From Candidatus Omnitrophota bacterium (lineage in GTDB: Bacteria > Omnitrophota > Gorgyraeia > Tantalellales > Tantalellaceae), in NCBI GenBank assembly GCA_014728075.1, contig WJMG01000071.1, positions 1 through 58,132 on the forward strand: DNA of 58,132 nucleotides, written 5' to 3'. Both the position numbers and the translations under genes were made by a program. Numbering within the stretch: position 1 is the stretch's first letter; the number at the start of each line of letters is the position of its first letter. Positions 1-9,304 of the stretch are shown in pieces. Below the pieces are notes generated by a model, which was not told the origin of the DNA, searched no databases, and saw only the letters and a program-made list of their open reading frames with translations.

Positions 1-2
1 CT

Positions 3-554
3 CCGGGGGGGGTTCCGAGGCACGAGCTGATATTAGCCGTTTACGCCGCCGCGATATGGCTTTACATGGATTTCAGCGGATACTGTGATATGGCTATAGG
101 CGTATCACGGCTTTTCGGATACAGGATAGTCGAGAATTTCGACAGGCCTTTTTTGAAAAAGAACATAGCTCTTTACTGGCGAAGCTGGCATATTTCCGTT
201 TACAGCTGGATAAGGGATTATTTTTATTTTCCCCTCTTTGTTTACAGGGGGAGCAGACCCAAGCTATACGCCGGCATATTCCTTACCATGATGGTGTTCA
301 TGCTGTGGCACGCTCCCACTCCGGGTTTCCTTTTTGCCGGTATATACAACGGGATCGGGCTTGTCGTATGGAAACTTTTCCAGGACCTCAAGGAGAAGCT
401 TCCGTTCGTTGAAAGGATCCTCTCCTGCGGGGCGTTCACCCCTTTCTCGGTTTTCCTTACCTTCAGCTATGTGAGCCTGGGGATAGCTATCGCTTTTCTG
501 GGAGGGGATGCCTCGAACATAAAGGACATATTTCTCAACTTAAGCGGAATTTAA
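3..554 (+). CDS. MBOAT family O-acyltransferase (AlgI/DltB-like), 5'-truncated by window edge
   Basis: Frame is open from nt 3. Motifs YMDFSGYCDMAIG, ENFDRPF, YWRSWHIS, WIRDYFYFPL and MLWH are MBOAT hallmarks. Confidence 0.9.
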   Translation, partial: PGGVPRHELILAVYAAAIWLYMDFSGYCDMAIGVSRLFGYRIVENFDRPFLKKNIALYWRSWHISVYSWIRDYFYFPLFVYRGSRPKLYAGIFLTMMVFMLWHAPTPGFLFAGIYNGIGLVVWKLFQDLKEKLPFVERILSCGAFTPFSVFLTFSYVSLGIAIAFLGGDASNIKDIFLNLSGI

Positions 555-563
555 GCAATGGTC

Positions 564-592
564 TTGAAAATACTTTATTATCATAATATTAT
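564..592 (+). promoter_or_regulatory. Putative sigma70 promoter
   Basis: TTGAAA (564-569), 17 bp spacer, TATTAT (587-592) in an AT-rich gap. Confidence 0.45.
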
Positions 593-651
593 TATATGAA
601 GCGGATCGCATATACCACCGCGCGCTTTTCGCGGGAGTTGAATAACGGAAA

Positions 652-1908
652 ATGAAAATTAAGGGCCCTAAGAAGATATTATTTGACTTTGTCCTTTTTC
701 TGCCGTATTTTATCCTGCTTGTGTTCTTATCAGCCCTGGCGACGAACCTCTATAAGGCCGGAAATGTGGATTACGGCGCCGTGAGGACCGGTGTAAGGGA
801 ATTCCTTCTATCCGACAGGTCCGAAGTACGGGTGGACAGGTCCGCCAGAAAGCTCTTACTTTCTTACAGGTACCTGTTCCCCGGAGGGAAAGGCCCCGAG
901 ACCACCAGAGTCTTGGATTTTGAACCTTCCGGTGATGCCTTTGATATAGTGGTTCTCGGAAGTTCCCCCGTATATTCCGTTTCTCCTCTGGCCGGGGGAG
1001 CGGAAGGTTTCTTCCCGGAAAAACTTGAGAAGGGGTTTAAGGAAAAATTCCCGGAAGAAAAGGTGAGGGTATACAACCTGGGCATGACCTCCGCCGATTC
1101 TTCTGTAATAAGGGGCATAGCCGAAAAGACAGGGGGCGGGAAGGGTATCGATCTCGCGGTTTTCTATTACGGGGGGGGGATGGACCTTGAAACCGCTTAT
1201 TACGCCGCCGGGGTAAAAGAAAAGCATTATATACTTGACCTCATCCCCGGAAAGAGGCCCGTCGGACCGGGCGGCGGGAGCCAGGGATCGTGGGCCGGTA
1301 CGGCCGGGAAATACCTTTCCTGGTTCAACCGTACTTATGTGCAGCCGTATTTTCTGTATTTTTTTCAGAAAGCGGGCCTGCTGGAGCTGCCGTATGCTCC
1401 TTTTGCAGAGATCAATGCCATGATAACGGACGAAATGCTTTCTAACATCAAGGCGGCCGTTTCCGTTTTCCGGGAGAACGGGGTGCCCGTAGTCTTGGTT
1501 TCTCCTCTCAGTAACCTGGAAGCCAGGCCGTACGGTATAAAGGGGGTAACGGACAGGTATTACGAGATGGGCATGTCTTCGGGTGACCCCGGGGAAAGGT
1601 ACATGTACCTTTCCATGGCAAGGGATTCTGAAGCGTTCACCGGAGACCTCGGCCCGAGGTTGAGGATGATCCGCGAACTGCCGTATATTGCGGAGGAGAT
1701 GGGGGAAGATGTTTATTTTTTCGATCTGGCCGCGGAACTGATTCCCGAATGGAAAGGTTTCGGTTACCGGTATTTTTTTGATTACGGGCATATGAAGCCG
1801 GTGTTGCACCGGCTGGTAGCCGAAAAGATATATGTGTATTTGACCGGGAAAGGATTGGCCGCGCGCCCGGGAAAGAAGAAAAAGGATGAGACCGGCGGTA
1901 AATATTAA
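652..1908 (+). CDS. Membrane-anchored SGNH/GDSL-like protein, probable partner of the MBOAT in O-acylation
   Basis: N-terminal TM helix, IVVLGSS block, VYNLG block and C-terminal FFDYGH (DxxH). Adjacent to the MBOAT gene. Confidence 0.6.
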   Translation: MKIKGPKKILFDFVLFLPYFILLVFLSALATNLYKAGNVDYGAVRTGVREFLLSDRSEVRVDRSARKLLLSYRYLFPGGKGPETTRVLDFEPSGDAFDIVVLGSSPVYSVSPLAGGAEGFFPEKLEKGFKEKFPEEKVRVYNLGMTSADSSVIRGIAEKTGGGKGIDLAVFYYGGGMDLETAYYAAGVKEKHYILDLIPGKRPVGPGGGSQGSWAGTAGKYLSWFNRTYVQPYFLYFFQKAGLLELPYAPFAEINAMITDEMLSNIKAAVSVFRENGVPVVLVSPLSNLEARPYGIKGVTDRYYEMGMSSGDPGERYMYLSMARDSEAFTGDLGPRLRMIRELPYIAEEMGEDVYFFDLAAELIPEWKGFGYRYFFDYGHMKPVLHRLVAEKIYVYLTGKGLAARPGKKKKDETGGKY

Positions 1909-1949
1909 ATTTACCGCGGACAGGATTTGAACCCTGACCCGAGGTGAAC

Positions 1950-2099
1950 ATGGAGATACTTAAAGAGCTTTTAGCTTACATCGAAGAGCGCCGGGAGATA
2001 ATGCTTTTGCCCGTTCTCCTGGCCCTTCTTTTCGTTACGGCCGTTATCGTGTCGAACAGGGATGTCGTTCAGGTCCCTTTTGTTTATTCCGGTTTCTGA
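1950..2099 (+). CDS. Small membrane peptide, DUF5989/SxtK-like (49 aa, not in ORF track)
   Basis: GAGGTG RBS, then MEILKELLAYIEERREIMLLPVLLALLFVTAVIVSNRDVVQVPFVYSGF. One TM helix and a PFxYxxF C-terminus typical of this family. Confidence 0.7.
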   Translation: MEILKELLAYIEERREIMLLPVLLALLFVTAVIVSNRDVVQVPFVYSGF

Positions 2100-2110
2100 A
2101 CGGGTAGATC

Positions 2111-4306
2111 ATGATTACTCGAAAAATACATGCAGCGGCGGTTGCCGCAATAGTCTGCGTAAGTTTTCTCCTGTATTTTAAAGCACTGGACAATGGTTTT
2201 GTGTATAACGACCAGCAGATGGTGGGGGAGAATTACTTTATAAAGGACCTTTCGAACATCCGGTATTTTTCCTCCGGAAGATATTTTGAAGGTTCCAGAG
2301 AAAAGACCTACAGGCCTTTTGTGACCCTTACTTTTATGGCCGACCACTTTATCTGGAAAGGTTCTCCGCCCGGCTTCCATTTTACCAACATTCTTTTCCA
2401 CGCCGGTTCCGCCGTTCTGCTCTATTTCATACTGTTCTTACTTCAGGGCGCGCAGGCAGGCGGAAAGCGCCGGTGTTTTATGGTCGCGATTTCGGGCGCG
2501 CTTATTTTTGCCGTTCATCCCGTCGCGACAGAAGGGGTCATGTCGGTCGGGTCGAGGCACGACCTCGTAATGGCGTTTTTTTATCTTGTGTCCTTTTTCT
2601 CGTACCTGGTGTACATCCGCACTGCAAAAAGCAGAAGGGGAGTGCTGGCCCTTTCCTGCGGGGCGTTCCTCGTTTCCCTTTTGTCAAAAGAGATGGCCGC
2701 TACCCTTCCCCTGATGATAGCCGCAGCGGGTATTCTTTTCCGGTCCGCCGGCGGACGCAGCGCGGTGTCATGCCTGAAAGAGGACGGTAAGGAATACGCT
2801 CTTTTTTTCGGGGTTCTCCTTCTCTACATATGGTTACGGTTCTTCGCGATGAGCCACCCCCTGGACTCGGCGGAACAGTATTTTGATAAAGCGTACCTTC
2901 TGGGAGAGAACCTTTACGAGCATGTTCTTACATCACTCAGCATAGTCGGGTATTACATAAGGCTTTTTTTCTTCCCGGCCGGCCTGAGGCTTGAGTATGT
3001 TCCGGAGGCCCGCACGACGCTGTTTTCGGCGGGACCTCTCGCGGCGGCGCTTTCCATCGGCGCTATAATCGCCTTGTGTTTCAGGTTCAGAAGGAAATAT
3101 CCCATGATAGTGTTCGGCTGGTGCTGGGTCCTGATAACGATAGCGCCTGTCTCCAATCTTTTCGTCCGGCTTCTAAGCACCGAGATGTCGGAAAGGTTCC
3201 TTTACCTGCCGCTGGCCGGATTCGCCGTATTCGTTCCCGTGTTGATATACAGGCTGGGGGAAAGGCCGGACGCGCTGAAAAAGCTTTCTCCGGGCACATC
3301 CGGCGCGGTCATGGTGCTCTTCCTGGCCGCGGTTTATTCGGCGGTGACCGTTGACCGTCTCCACGACTGGGAAGACAGTGAGACATTCTGGAAAAAGGAG
3401 ATCGTAAGCGAAGGCCAAAGCGCCAGGGCCCATAATAACATAGCTATGGTATATTTTTACGATAAGAAGTACGAAGAGGCCGTAGCGGAGCTGGAAAAAG
3501 CCCTGAGCATAAAAGATGAGCCGCAGACAAGGGTCAACCTGGCCTATGTTTATATCGAGACGGGCCGCCTGGACAAGGCCCGTGAGGAATTGCGGGCCGC
3601 GCTGGGGAAAGACCCCGAATACGCCCCCGCCTTTTACCACCTTGCCGTTATCAGAAAGAGGAACGGTGAACCGGAGCGTGCCCGCGAACTCCTTGACCGG
3701 GCCATCGCGGCTTACGCAGAGATGAAGGGCAGGCCTTTTCAGGCAGAAACATATAACCTTTCCGCCCTGGTCTGGCACCGTTTGGGTGAATACGATAAGG
3801 CGGTCGAGCATTATACCGAAGCACTGAGGCTTAAGCCGGATTATACCGAAGCGAGGTATCTGCTGGCCAAGACTTACATAGAGACCGGGCGGATGGATGA
3901 GGCCGAGACCGAATATCTTGCTATTCTGCAGGAAGACCCCGGACATATCGACGCCAGGAACAACCTCGCTAATGTTTATTTCGCTCAAGGGCGGGCCGAA
4001 AAGGCGGCGGAAGAGTATCGCAGGATCCTGGAGGAAGTGCCGGGCCATTACAAGGCCCGGAATAATCTCGCCAATATCTATCTCAGCCGGGGTGAATACG
4101 ATAAGGCGATCAGGGAGTATTCCGAGGTGGTCGGCAGCAACCCGAGGAACGCGATAGTCCGTTTCAACCTCGGCCTCGCTTACAGCTCAAAAGGCCTTTA
4201 CCGGAAAGCCGTCAGGGAGTGGAGGAAAGCGCTCGAGATCGACCCTTCTTTTGAGCCTGCGCGCAAGGCCCTGGAAAATATAGGAGCGTCCGAAAGGGGG
4301 GATTGA
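2111..4306 (+). CDS. TMTC-like GT-C membrane glycosyltransferase with C-terminal TPR array
   Basis: YRPFVTLTF, FHFTNILFH, FAVHPVATE, LLSKE and ERFLYLP motifs with many TM helices, followed by about 8 TPR repeats. Confidence 0.85.
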   Translation: MITRKIHAAAVAAIVCVSFLLYFKALDNGFVYNDQQMVGENYFIKDLSNIRYFSSGRYFEGSREKTYRPFVTLTFMADHFIWKGSPPGFHFTNILFHAGSAVLLYFILFLLQGAQAGGKRRCFMVAISGALIFAVHPVATEGVMSVGSRHDLVMAFFYLVSFFSYLVYIRTAKSRRGVLALSCGAFLVSLLSKEMAATLPLMIAAAGILFRSAGGRSAVSCLKEDGKEYALFFGVLLLYIWLRFFAMSHPLDSAEQYFDKAYLLGENLYEHVLTSLSIVGYYIRLFFFPAGLRLEYVPEARTTLFSAGPLAAALSIGAIIALCFRFRRKYPMIVFGWCWVLITIAPVSNLFVRLLSTEMSERFLYLPLAGFAVFVPVLIYRLGERPDALKKLSPGTSGAVMVLFLAAVYSAVTVDRLHDWEDSETFWKKEIVSEGQSARAHNNIAMVYFYDKKYEEAVAELEKALSIKDEPQTRVNLAYVYIETGRLDKAREELRAALGKDPEYAPAFYHLAVIRKRNGEPERARELLDRAIAAYAEMKGRPFQAETYNLSALVWHRLGEYDKAVEHYTEALRLKPDYTEARYLLAKTYIETGRMDEAETEYLAILQEDPGHIDARNNLANVYFAQGRAEKAAEEYRRILEEVPGHYKARNNLANIYLSRGEYDKAIREYSEVVGSNPRNAIVRFNLGLAYSSKGLYRKAVREWRKALEIDPSFEPARKALENIGASERGD

Positions 4307-4319
4307 CCCGGAGTGTCCG

Positions 4320-5348
4320 ATGGATATCATTATCGTGAAAAGAGGTTCTGCCGGGGATGTTCTAAGGACAACATCCATTTTGAGGGCCCTTAAAGACGCG
4401 TACCCGGCGAGTTCCATATACTGGCTTGTTGACGAGGTCAACACCGCGGTCCTGGATAATAATCCCTATCTGAAAAGGCTTTTCCCGTCGGAAAGGAAAT
4501 TGCCCGAAGGGATCGGCTCGAAAAAATTCGACCTGGCGATAAATCTGGATAACGACACGGTTTCCTCCTCATTCACATCAATGCTCAAGGCGCGGGATAA
4601 GAAAGGGTTCGGCCTTGATGCGGAGGGCGAGGTGGTCCCGCTCGACGGGAACGCTTTAAGGTGGCACGAGATGGCGCTTTCGGATGAGCTGAAAAAGAGT
4701 AATACCAGGACATACCACGATATAATACACGAAATAGCCGGGCTCCCGGGTAATTTGAACCGGCCGGTCCTGGCTCTCCGGAGGGAAGCCCTGGAACGAG
4801 CGTCCGAGTTCTACGAAAAAAAAGGCCTTTCGGGGGAAAAAGTAGTAGCCGTTAACCTGGGAGGAGGAGGGCGCTGGGAGAACAAATCCCCTTCCGCGCG
4901 GAAATGGATACTGATAATAAAAGACATGCTCGAAAATACGGGAGCAAAGTGCCTTGTCCTGGGGGGCAGAAAGGAAGAGGATAAGTATTCTTCCGTAACG
5001 GGTTTTTTCGGAGATCGGGTGGCCGGTGCCGGCACCCGCAATTCATTTGCGGAACTTGCCGCCATCATCGGCCTTTCTGACGCGGTAGTTACCGGGGATA
5101 CGCTTGCCCTGCACGCGGCCAACGCGCTGGACAAACATACGGTAGTACTTTTCGGGCCGACTTCCGCCCCGGAGATCGAACTATACGGCAGGGGAACGAA
5201 AATACTGCCGGAGATGGATTGCCTGTGTTGTTACAGGGAAAAGTGCGGCAGGCGGCCCAACTGTATGGACCTTCTTCCGGAATCAACGATAACGGGGGCC
5301 GTTAAAGATGCGCTCGATGAAAACCACGGTAATACTTCCGACATATAA
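4320..5348 (+). CDS. GT9 family glycosyltransferase (heptosyltransferase-like)
   Basis: GDVLRTT, FDLAINLD, VTGDTLALHAA, VVLFGPT and C-terminal CLCC/CM motifs. Confidence 0.85.
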   Translation: MDIIIVKRGSAGDVLRTTSILRALKDAYPASSIYWLVDEVNTAVLDNNPYLKRLFPSERKLPEGIGSKKFDLAINLDNDTVSSSFTSMLKARDKKGFGLDAEGEVVPLDGNALRWHEMALSDELKKSNTRTYHDIIHEIAGLPGNLNRPVLALRREALERASEFYEKKGLSGEKVVAVNLGGGGRWENKSPSARKWILIIKDMLENTGAKCLVLGGRKEEDKYSSVTGFFGDRVAGAGTRNSFAELAAIIGLSDAVVTGDTLALHAANALDKHTVVLFGPTSAPEIELYGRGTKILPEMDCLCCYREKCGRRPNCMDLLPESTITGAVKDALDENHGNTSDI

Positions 5349-6084
5349 CGAGGCCGGGAATATCCGGGATGTCATCAGCCGGATATTCGAACACGCCGGA
5401 AGATCGGACTTAGATATAATAGTGGCCGACGACCGTTCTCCGGACGGAACTGCCGGAATAGTAAGGCAGATCGCTTCCCGCGACAACAGGGTCACACTTC
5501 TCGAAGGAAAGGGGAGAAGAGGGCGCGGCATCGCCGGGAAAAGAGCTTTTGAATACGCTCTTTCCGCGGGGGCTGACATCGTGGTGGAAATGGACGCGGA
5601 CATGTCCCACGATCCTTTGTATATACCCGATATGCTGAATAAGCTGGAGACCTGTGATATCGTGATCGGCTCAAGGTTCATCCCGGGAGGAGCGGACGAG
5701 AGAGGTTCTTTCCTGAGAAGGCTGATAAGCCGGTCGGCGAAATCACTGATCAACCTGACCCTGGGCATAAGAGTATCCGACCCGACTTCGGGATTCAGGT
5801 GTTTTCGAAGAAAAGCTCTGGAACAGCTCGCGCCTTCGACGCTGGTATCGGCCGATCCTTTTATAGTGCTCGAGGTCCTTGACCGGGCGGTTTCAGCGGG
5901 GCTGGTTATCAGGGAAGTGCCCGTGCGTTTCAGGGAAAGAGAAAAAGAAAGGTCGAAACTTACGATGCCCTTGCTTTTGAGGTGTTTGAAAGACCTTTTA
6001 GTGTACAGGTTCTCCGGCGCGTACAGGGAAAAGAAGCGCCGGATTAAGGGTGCGGGGCATCATGTATGGGGGAAAGATGAATGA
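5317..6084 (+). CDS. Polyprenol-phosphate mannose synthase-like GT2 (DPM1-like)
   Basis: ILPTYNEAGNI, DDRSPDGT, EMDADMSHDP, IGSRF and DPTSGFR motifs. Confidence 0.9.
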   Translation: MKTTVILPTYNEAGNIRDVISRIFEHAGRSDLDIIVADDRSPDGTAGIVRQIASRDNRVTLLEGKGRRGRGIAGKRAFEYALSAGADIVVEMDADMSHDPLYIPDMLNKLETCDIVIGSRFIPGGADERGSFLRRLISRSAKSLINLTLGIRVSDPTSGFRCFRRKALEQLAPSTLVSADPFIVLEVLDRAVSAGLVIREVPVRFREREKERSKLTMPLLLRCLKDLLVYRFSGAYREKKRRIKGAGHHVWGKDE

Positions 6085-6289
6085 AATCGGAAAGTTCCTG
6101 GTAGCGGCCGGGCTGGTCATAGCGGGTATAGGCCTCCTTCTGTTCCTGTCCGGAAGGGTGCCCTGGATAGGAAGGCTGCCGGGTGACATCATAGTCAGGA
6201 AAGAAGGCTTCAGGTTCTATTTGCCGCTGACAACATGTCTTTTAATAAGTGTCGTAATATCCTTCGTCTTATGGATAATAAGGAGATAG
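6077..6289 (+). CDS. DUF2905-like small membrane protein
   Basis: GRLPGDI and FYLPLTTCLLIS. This family commonly sits next to spoIID/queA. Confidence 0.85.
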   Translation: MNEIGKFLVAAGLVIAGIGLLLFLSGRVPWIGRLPGDIIVRKEGFRFYLPLTTCLLISVVISFVLWIIRR

Positions 6290-6290
6290 T

Positions 6291-6312
6291 CTGCCGGCGG
6301 AAAGTCCGGCAG
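6291..6312 (+). terminator. GC-rich hairpin, possible terminator or processing site
   Basis: CTGCCGG-CGGAAAGT-CCGGCAG directly after the stop codon, with no U tract. Confidence 0.35.
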
Positions 6313-6347
6313 GTGACGGAAAACGCTCAACAGCCCGGGAGAAGGGG

Positions 6348-7523
6348 ATGCTGTCAAAGATAAAGATCGGTTTCGCTGTGGCCGCTGTATTGCTCGCGGC
6401 GCTTGCTTTTTTTTCTCTGGCGGACCTGGTGCGCGGCCACCGGGCCTCGGCAATGGATGTAAGGGTGCTTATCGTTTCCGGCCGGGGGGAGGCCAGGATA
6501 GGCCCGGGCATACCTTTCAAGGTCACAGACCTTTCCGGCGGTAATGTGCTGATGGAGGACAAAAAACCTTTAAAGTCCATGGCCGTAAGGACCGAGGAGG
6601 GCGATTTGCTGTTCGGAGAACGGCTCTTGCCTTCTGCGGCGGTCAAGCTGACCCCTCTTAAAGGCCAGGGCATAGGGGTAAACGGTGTACTTTACCGCGG
6701 AGATATCATCATCAGGAACAATGATGGCTCCCTTGAATGTATAAACGAGCTGGGTATAGAGGAGTATCTGAGAGGCGTCCTTCCAGAGGAAGTATACGCG
6801 TACTGGCCTTCTTCCGCGCTTAAAGCGCAGGCCATTGCCTCAAGAAGTTTCGCGGCGTACAGAGCCCTGCGCTCCTCGCGCAGGGCTTACGACCTGAGGC
6901 ATGACGCCCGGAGCCAGGTCTACGGGGGAATGAAGGCCGAGAACATGAGGACGACACGGGCGGTCATGGATACTAACGGTAAAGTGCTGTCATATGACGG
7001 GAAAGTCTTTCCGGCGTATTTCAGCGCGTGCTGCGGGGGTTACCGTGAAAGCTCCGCCAGCCTCTGGGGAGAAGAACTTGAGCCGCTCAAGGGAGGAAGA
7101 TGCATATGGTGCAGGTTTTCCCCGGTCTTCAGGTGGCGGGAAGACATCTCTAAGGACTTTATTGCCGGTGAGATGCGGAAGGCCGGTTACGGTGTGGAAC
7201 GGGTAGACTCGTTGAAAGCGTTTGAAAGGGATTCCTCCGGGAGGCCGGCGTATATTGAGATAAGCTCGGCAAAGCGAAAAGTAAAGGTCGGGACCGAAGA
7301 CTTCAGGATAATGGTCGGCCAGGATCTGCTCAAGAGCTCGCTTTTCAGGATGAGAGAAACTGATGACAAGGTCATTTTCCACGGCAGGGGATGGGGACAC
7401 GGTGTGGGTATGTGCCAGTGGGGCGCTTTCGGCATGTCAATGTTCCTGAGGAGCACGGGGAATATACTGAAAACATATTATCCGGGGACGGAGATAGTTG
7501 ATCTGAAGCAGATGTTAAAATAG
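6348..7523 (+). CDS. SpoIID/LytB domain lytic transglycosylase
   Basis: EEYLRGVLPEE, ALKAQAIASRS, SQVYGG and GRGWGHGVGMCQWGA motifs. Confidence 0.92.
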   Translation: MLSKIKIGFAVAAVLLAALAFFSLADLVRGHRASAMDVRVLIVSGRGEARIGPGIPFKVTDLSGGNVLMEDKKPLKSMAVRTEEGDLLFGERLLPSAAVKLTPLKGQGIGVNGVLYRGDIIIRNNDGSLECINELGIEEYLRGVLPEEVYAYWPSSALKAQAIASRSFAAYRALRSSRRAYDLRHDARSQVYGGMKAENMRTTRAVMDTNGKVLSYDGKVFPAYFSACCGGYRESSASLWGEELEPLKGGRCIWCRFSPVFRWREDISKDFIAGEMRKAGYGVERVDSLKAFERDSSGRPAYIEISSAKRKVKVGTEDFRIMVGQDLLKSSLFRMRETDDKVIFHGRGWGHGVGMCQWGAFGMSMFLRSTGNILKTYYPGTEIVDLKQMLK

Positions 7524-7666
7524 TACCGCGTACCGCAATCCGGGATGAAGAATGAAGGATGAGAAATGAGGAGATCGAGTGTGATAGGAAAAGCAAATAC
7601 AAGGATTGCTTATATTTCGTTCTTAATTACTCATTTTTCATTCAGGGTTTTAAGTCTAGATCTAAA
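7524..7666. repeat. Intergenic element of inverted 7-bp tandem repeats (ATGAAGA type)
   Basis: Left arm GATGAAG-AATGAAG-GATGAGA-AATGAGG (~7544-7571). Right arm TTCTTAA-TTACTCA-TTTTTCA-TTC (~7620-7643). Preceded by TACCGCG-TACCGCA. Confidence 0.65.
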
Positions 7667-7690
7667 ATGCCAGTTTAAATTGAGAGCGAC

Positions 7691-8701
7691 ATGAAACTAA
7701 GTGATTTTCAATACGATCTTCCCGGAGATCTTATAGCTCAGAGCCCTCTGGCCGATAGGCCTTCTTCCCGTCTTATGGTGCTTGAAAGGCGTGACAGCAG
7801 GTTTGAAGAGAAGCTCTTCAGGGATATCAAGGAATATCTAGCTCCGGGGGACTGCCTTGTCGTGAACAATACCAGAGTAATGCCTGTCAGGCTCCTGGGG
7901 AAAAGGGCTACCGGGGGAAAAGTAGAGATCTTCCTTCTGGATAACGCTTCCGAAAGGCCGGAGGCCCTGGTAAAGCCTTCGAAGAGGATCAAGCGGGGGG
8001 AGGTCGTATTTCTTGAAGGAGGGGTGAAAGCGAGGGTGCTTGAAAGGTCGAAGAACGGAAGGTTCGTTGAGTTCGACAGGCCCCTGGAGGATGTCCTGGA
8101 ACACGGACATGTGCCTTTGCCGCCGTATATACAAAGGGAGGATGAAGGGGCCGACAAGGAAAGGTACCAGACGGTCTACGCTTCTCGGGAAGGCGCTACG
8201 GCGGCCCCTACGGCGGGACTGCATTTTGACGCTGCTCTTCTGGAAGATATAGAGGAAAAAGGCGTGGAGATCGTAGAGGTGACGCTGCATACCGGCTACG
8301 GCACTTTCGCCCCCGTGAAAGCAGAGGATATTACCGCCCACCAGATGCATTCGGAGTGGTATGAATTGGGCAGGGATTCCGCCGCGGCGATAAACAGGGT
8401 GAAATCTTCCGGGGGAAGGGTATTCTGCGTGGGGACAACATCCGTGAGGGTGCTTGAGTCCTCCTGTGTTGACGGGGGCGTGGTAAGACCTTTCGCGGGA
8501 ACAACAAATCTCTTTATTTATCCGGGTTATGAGTTTAAAATAGTAGACGGACTGGTGACCAATTTCCATCTTCCCGGTTCGACGCTCCTGATGCTGGTGA
8601 GCGCTTTCGCGGGCAGGGAATTCGTGCTGGAGGCCTACGAGGAGGCGGTGAGGAGGCGGTTCAGGTTCTTCTCGTACGGTGACGCGATGTTGATAATCTG
8701 A
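7691..8701 (+). CDS. queA: S-adenosylmethionine:tRNA ribosyltransferase-isomerase
   Basis: PLPPYI, YQTVYA, AAPTAGLHF, VGTTSVR, TNFHLPGSTL and FFSYGDAM motifs. Confidence 0.98.
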   Translation: MKLSDFQYDLPGDLIAQSPLADRPSSRLMVLERRDSRFEEKLFRDIKEYLAPGDCLVVNNTRVMPVRLLGKRATGGKVEIFLLDNASERPEALVKPSKRIKRGEVVFLEGGVKARVLERSKNGRFVEFDRPLEDVLEHGHVPLPPYIQREDEGADKERYQTVYASREGATAAPTAGLHFDAALLEDIEEKGVEIVEVTLHTGYGTFAPVKAEDITAHQMHSEWYELGRDSAAAINRVKSSGGRVFCVGTTSVRVLESSCVDGGVVRPFAGTTNLFIYPGYEFKIVDGLVTNFHLPGSTLLMLVSAFAGREFVLEAYEEAVRRRFRFFSYGDAMLII

Positions 8702-8702
8702 A

Positions 8703-8734
8703 AAGCTTGAAAGGTTAAAGGGTTAAAAGGTCAA
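8703..8734 (+). repeat. Four 8-bp tandem repeats (AAGGTTAA type) directly after queA
   Basis: AAGCTTGA-AAGGTTAA-AGGGTTAA-AAGGTCAA. A similar tract lies at 51583-51614. Confidence 0.65.
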
Positions 8735-8737
8735 AAG

Positions 8738-8831
8738 AGAAGTGTCATCCCCGCAATGGGTTTGAGCGGGGGTCAAGTGAAAATATTTTTACCGGGTTCC
8801 CATCCGGGATTGTAGCGGGGATGACACTTCT
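8738..8831. repeat. REP/REPIN-like palindromic element (GTCATyCCCGC family)
   Basis: Perfect 17-bp inverted repeat AGAAGTGTCATCCCCGC (8738-8754) / GCGGGGATGACACTTCT (8815-8831). The left unit is nearly identical to 50050-50083. Confidence 0.75.
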
Positions 8832-8850
8832 TGATTTGCAAGGAGGAAAG

Positions 8851-9288
8851 ATGAGGAAGATAGTTGTTTTAACACTGGTTTTGGTCGGTTTGTTCTCGGC
8901 AAACGCCCACGCTCTGGCCGTGACGGCAAGGAGCGTGTCCGCCGGGACTTACGAGGACGGCGAATTCGATGCCGGCAACAGCGGGTTTGCCGCCGAATAC
9001 ATTATCGATGAGGCGGACGGCAAGGTCATACTGGACAGGATAATCATGAACGACCGTGAGGGAAAGATAGAGGAAGGCGCGGTTTACGAGATAACGAACG
9101 CGATGGTTTCCGAAGGGCTGTCAGCCCTTATGGTCTCGCGGAACAAGAAAGGCCAGAAGATAGTTACTGCCGTGAGGGAAGGGAGTATGGGGGCGTCTGA
9201 AATACTACTTATAGGCGAGGATTTTTACCAGTTCTGCCGCGCTTTCAACGGAAAATTCTATCTTGAATACGGAGAGGTCGAACGATGA
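8851..9288 (+). CDS. Hypothetical exported protein
   Basis: AGGAGG RBS and a signal peptide MRKIVVLTLVLVGLFSANAHA. The longer ORF start at 8821 lies inside the REP-like element. Confidence 0.7.
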   Translation: MRKIVVLTLVLVGLFSANAHALAVTARSVSAGTYEDGEFDAGNSGFAAEYIIDEADGKVILDRIIMNDREGKIEEGAVYEITNAMVSEGLSALMVSRNKKGQKIVTAVREGSMGASEILLIGEDFYQFCRAFNGKFYLEYGEVER

Positions 9289-9304
9289 ACAAAAGGAAGT
9301 CGTG

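Noticed and set aside
856-1809. 317-aa minus-strand ORF, and similar long antisense ORFs (3173-4048, 9812-10771, 24071-25222, 29669-30757, 55526-56512)
   Set aside because: They lie fully opposite well-supported + strand genes and show no recognisable motifs. They are antisense shadows.
8821-8850. Upstream ATG for the exported protein gene
   Set aside because: This ATG lies in the REP-like arm. ATG 8851 has an AGGAGG RBS and begins a proper signal peptide.
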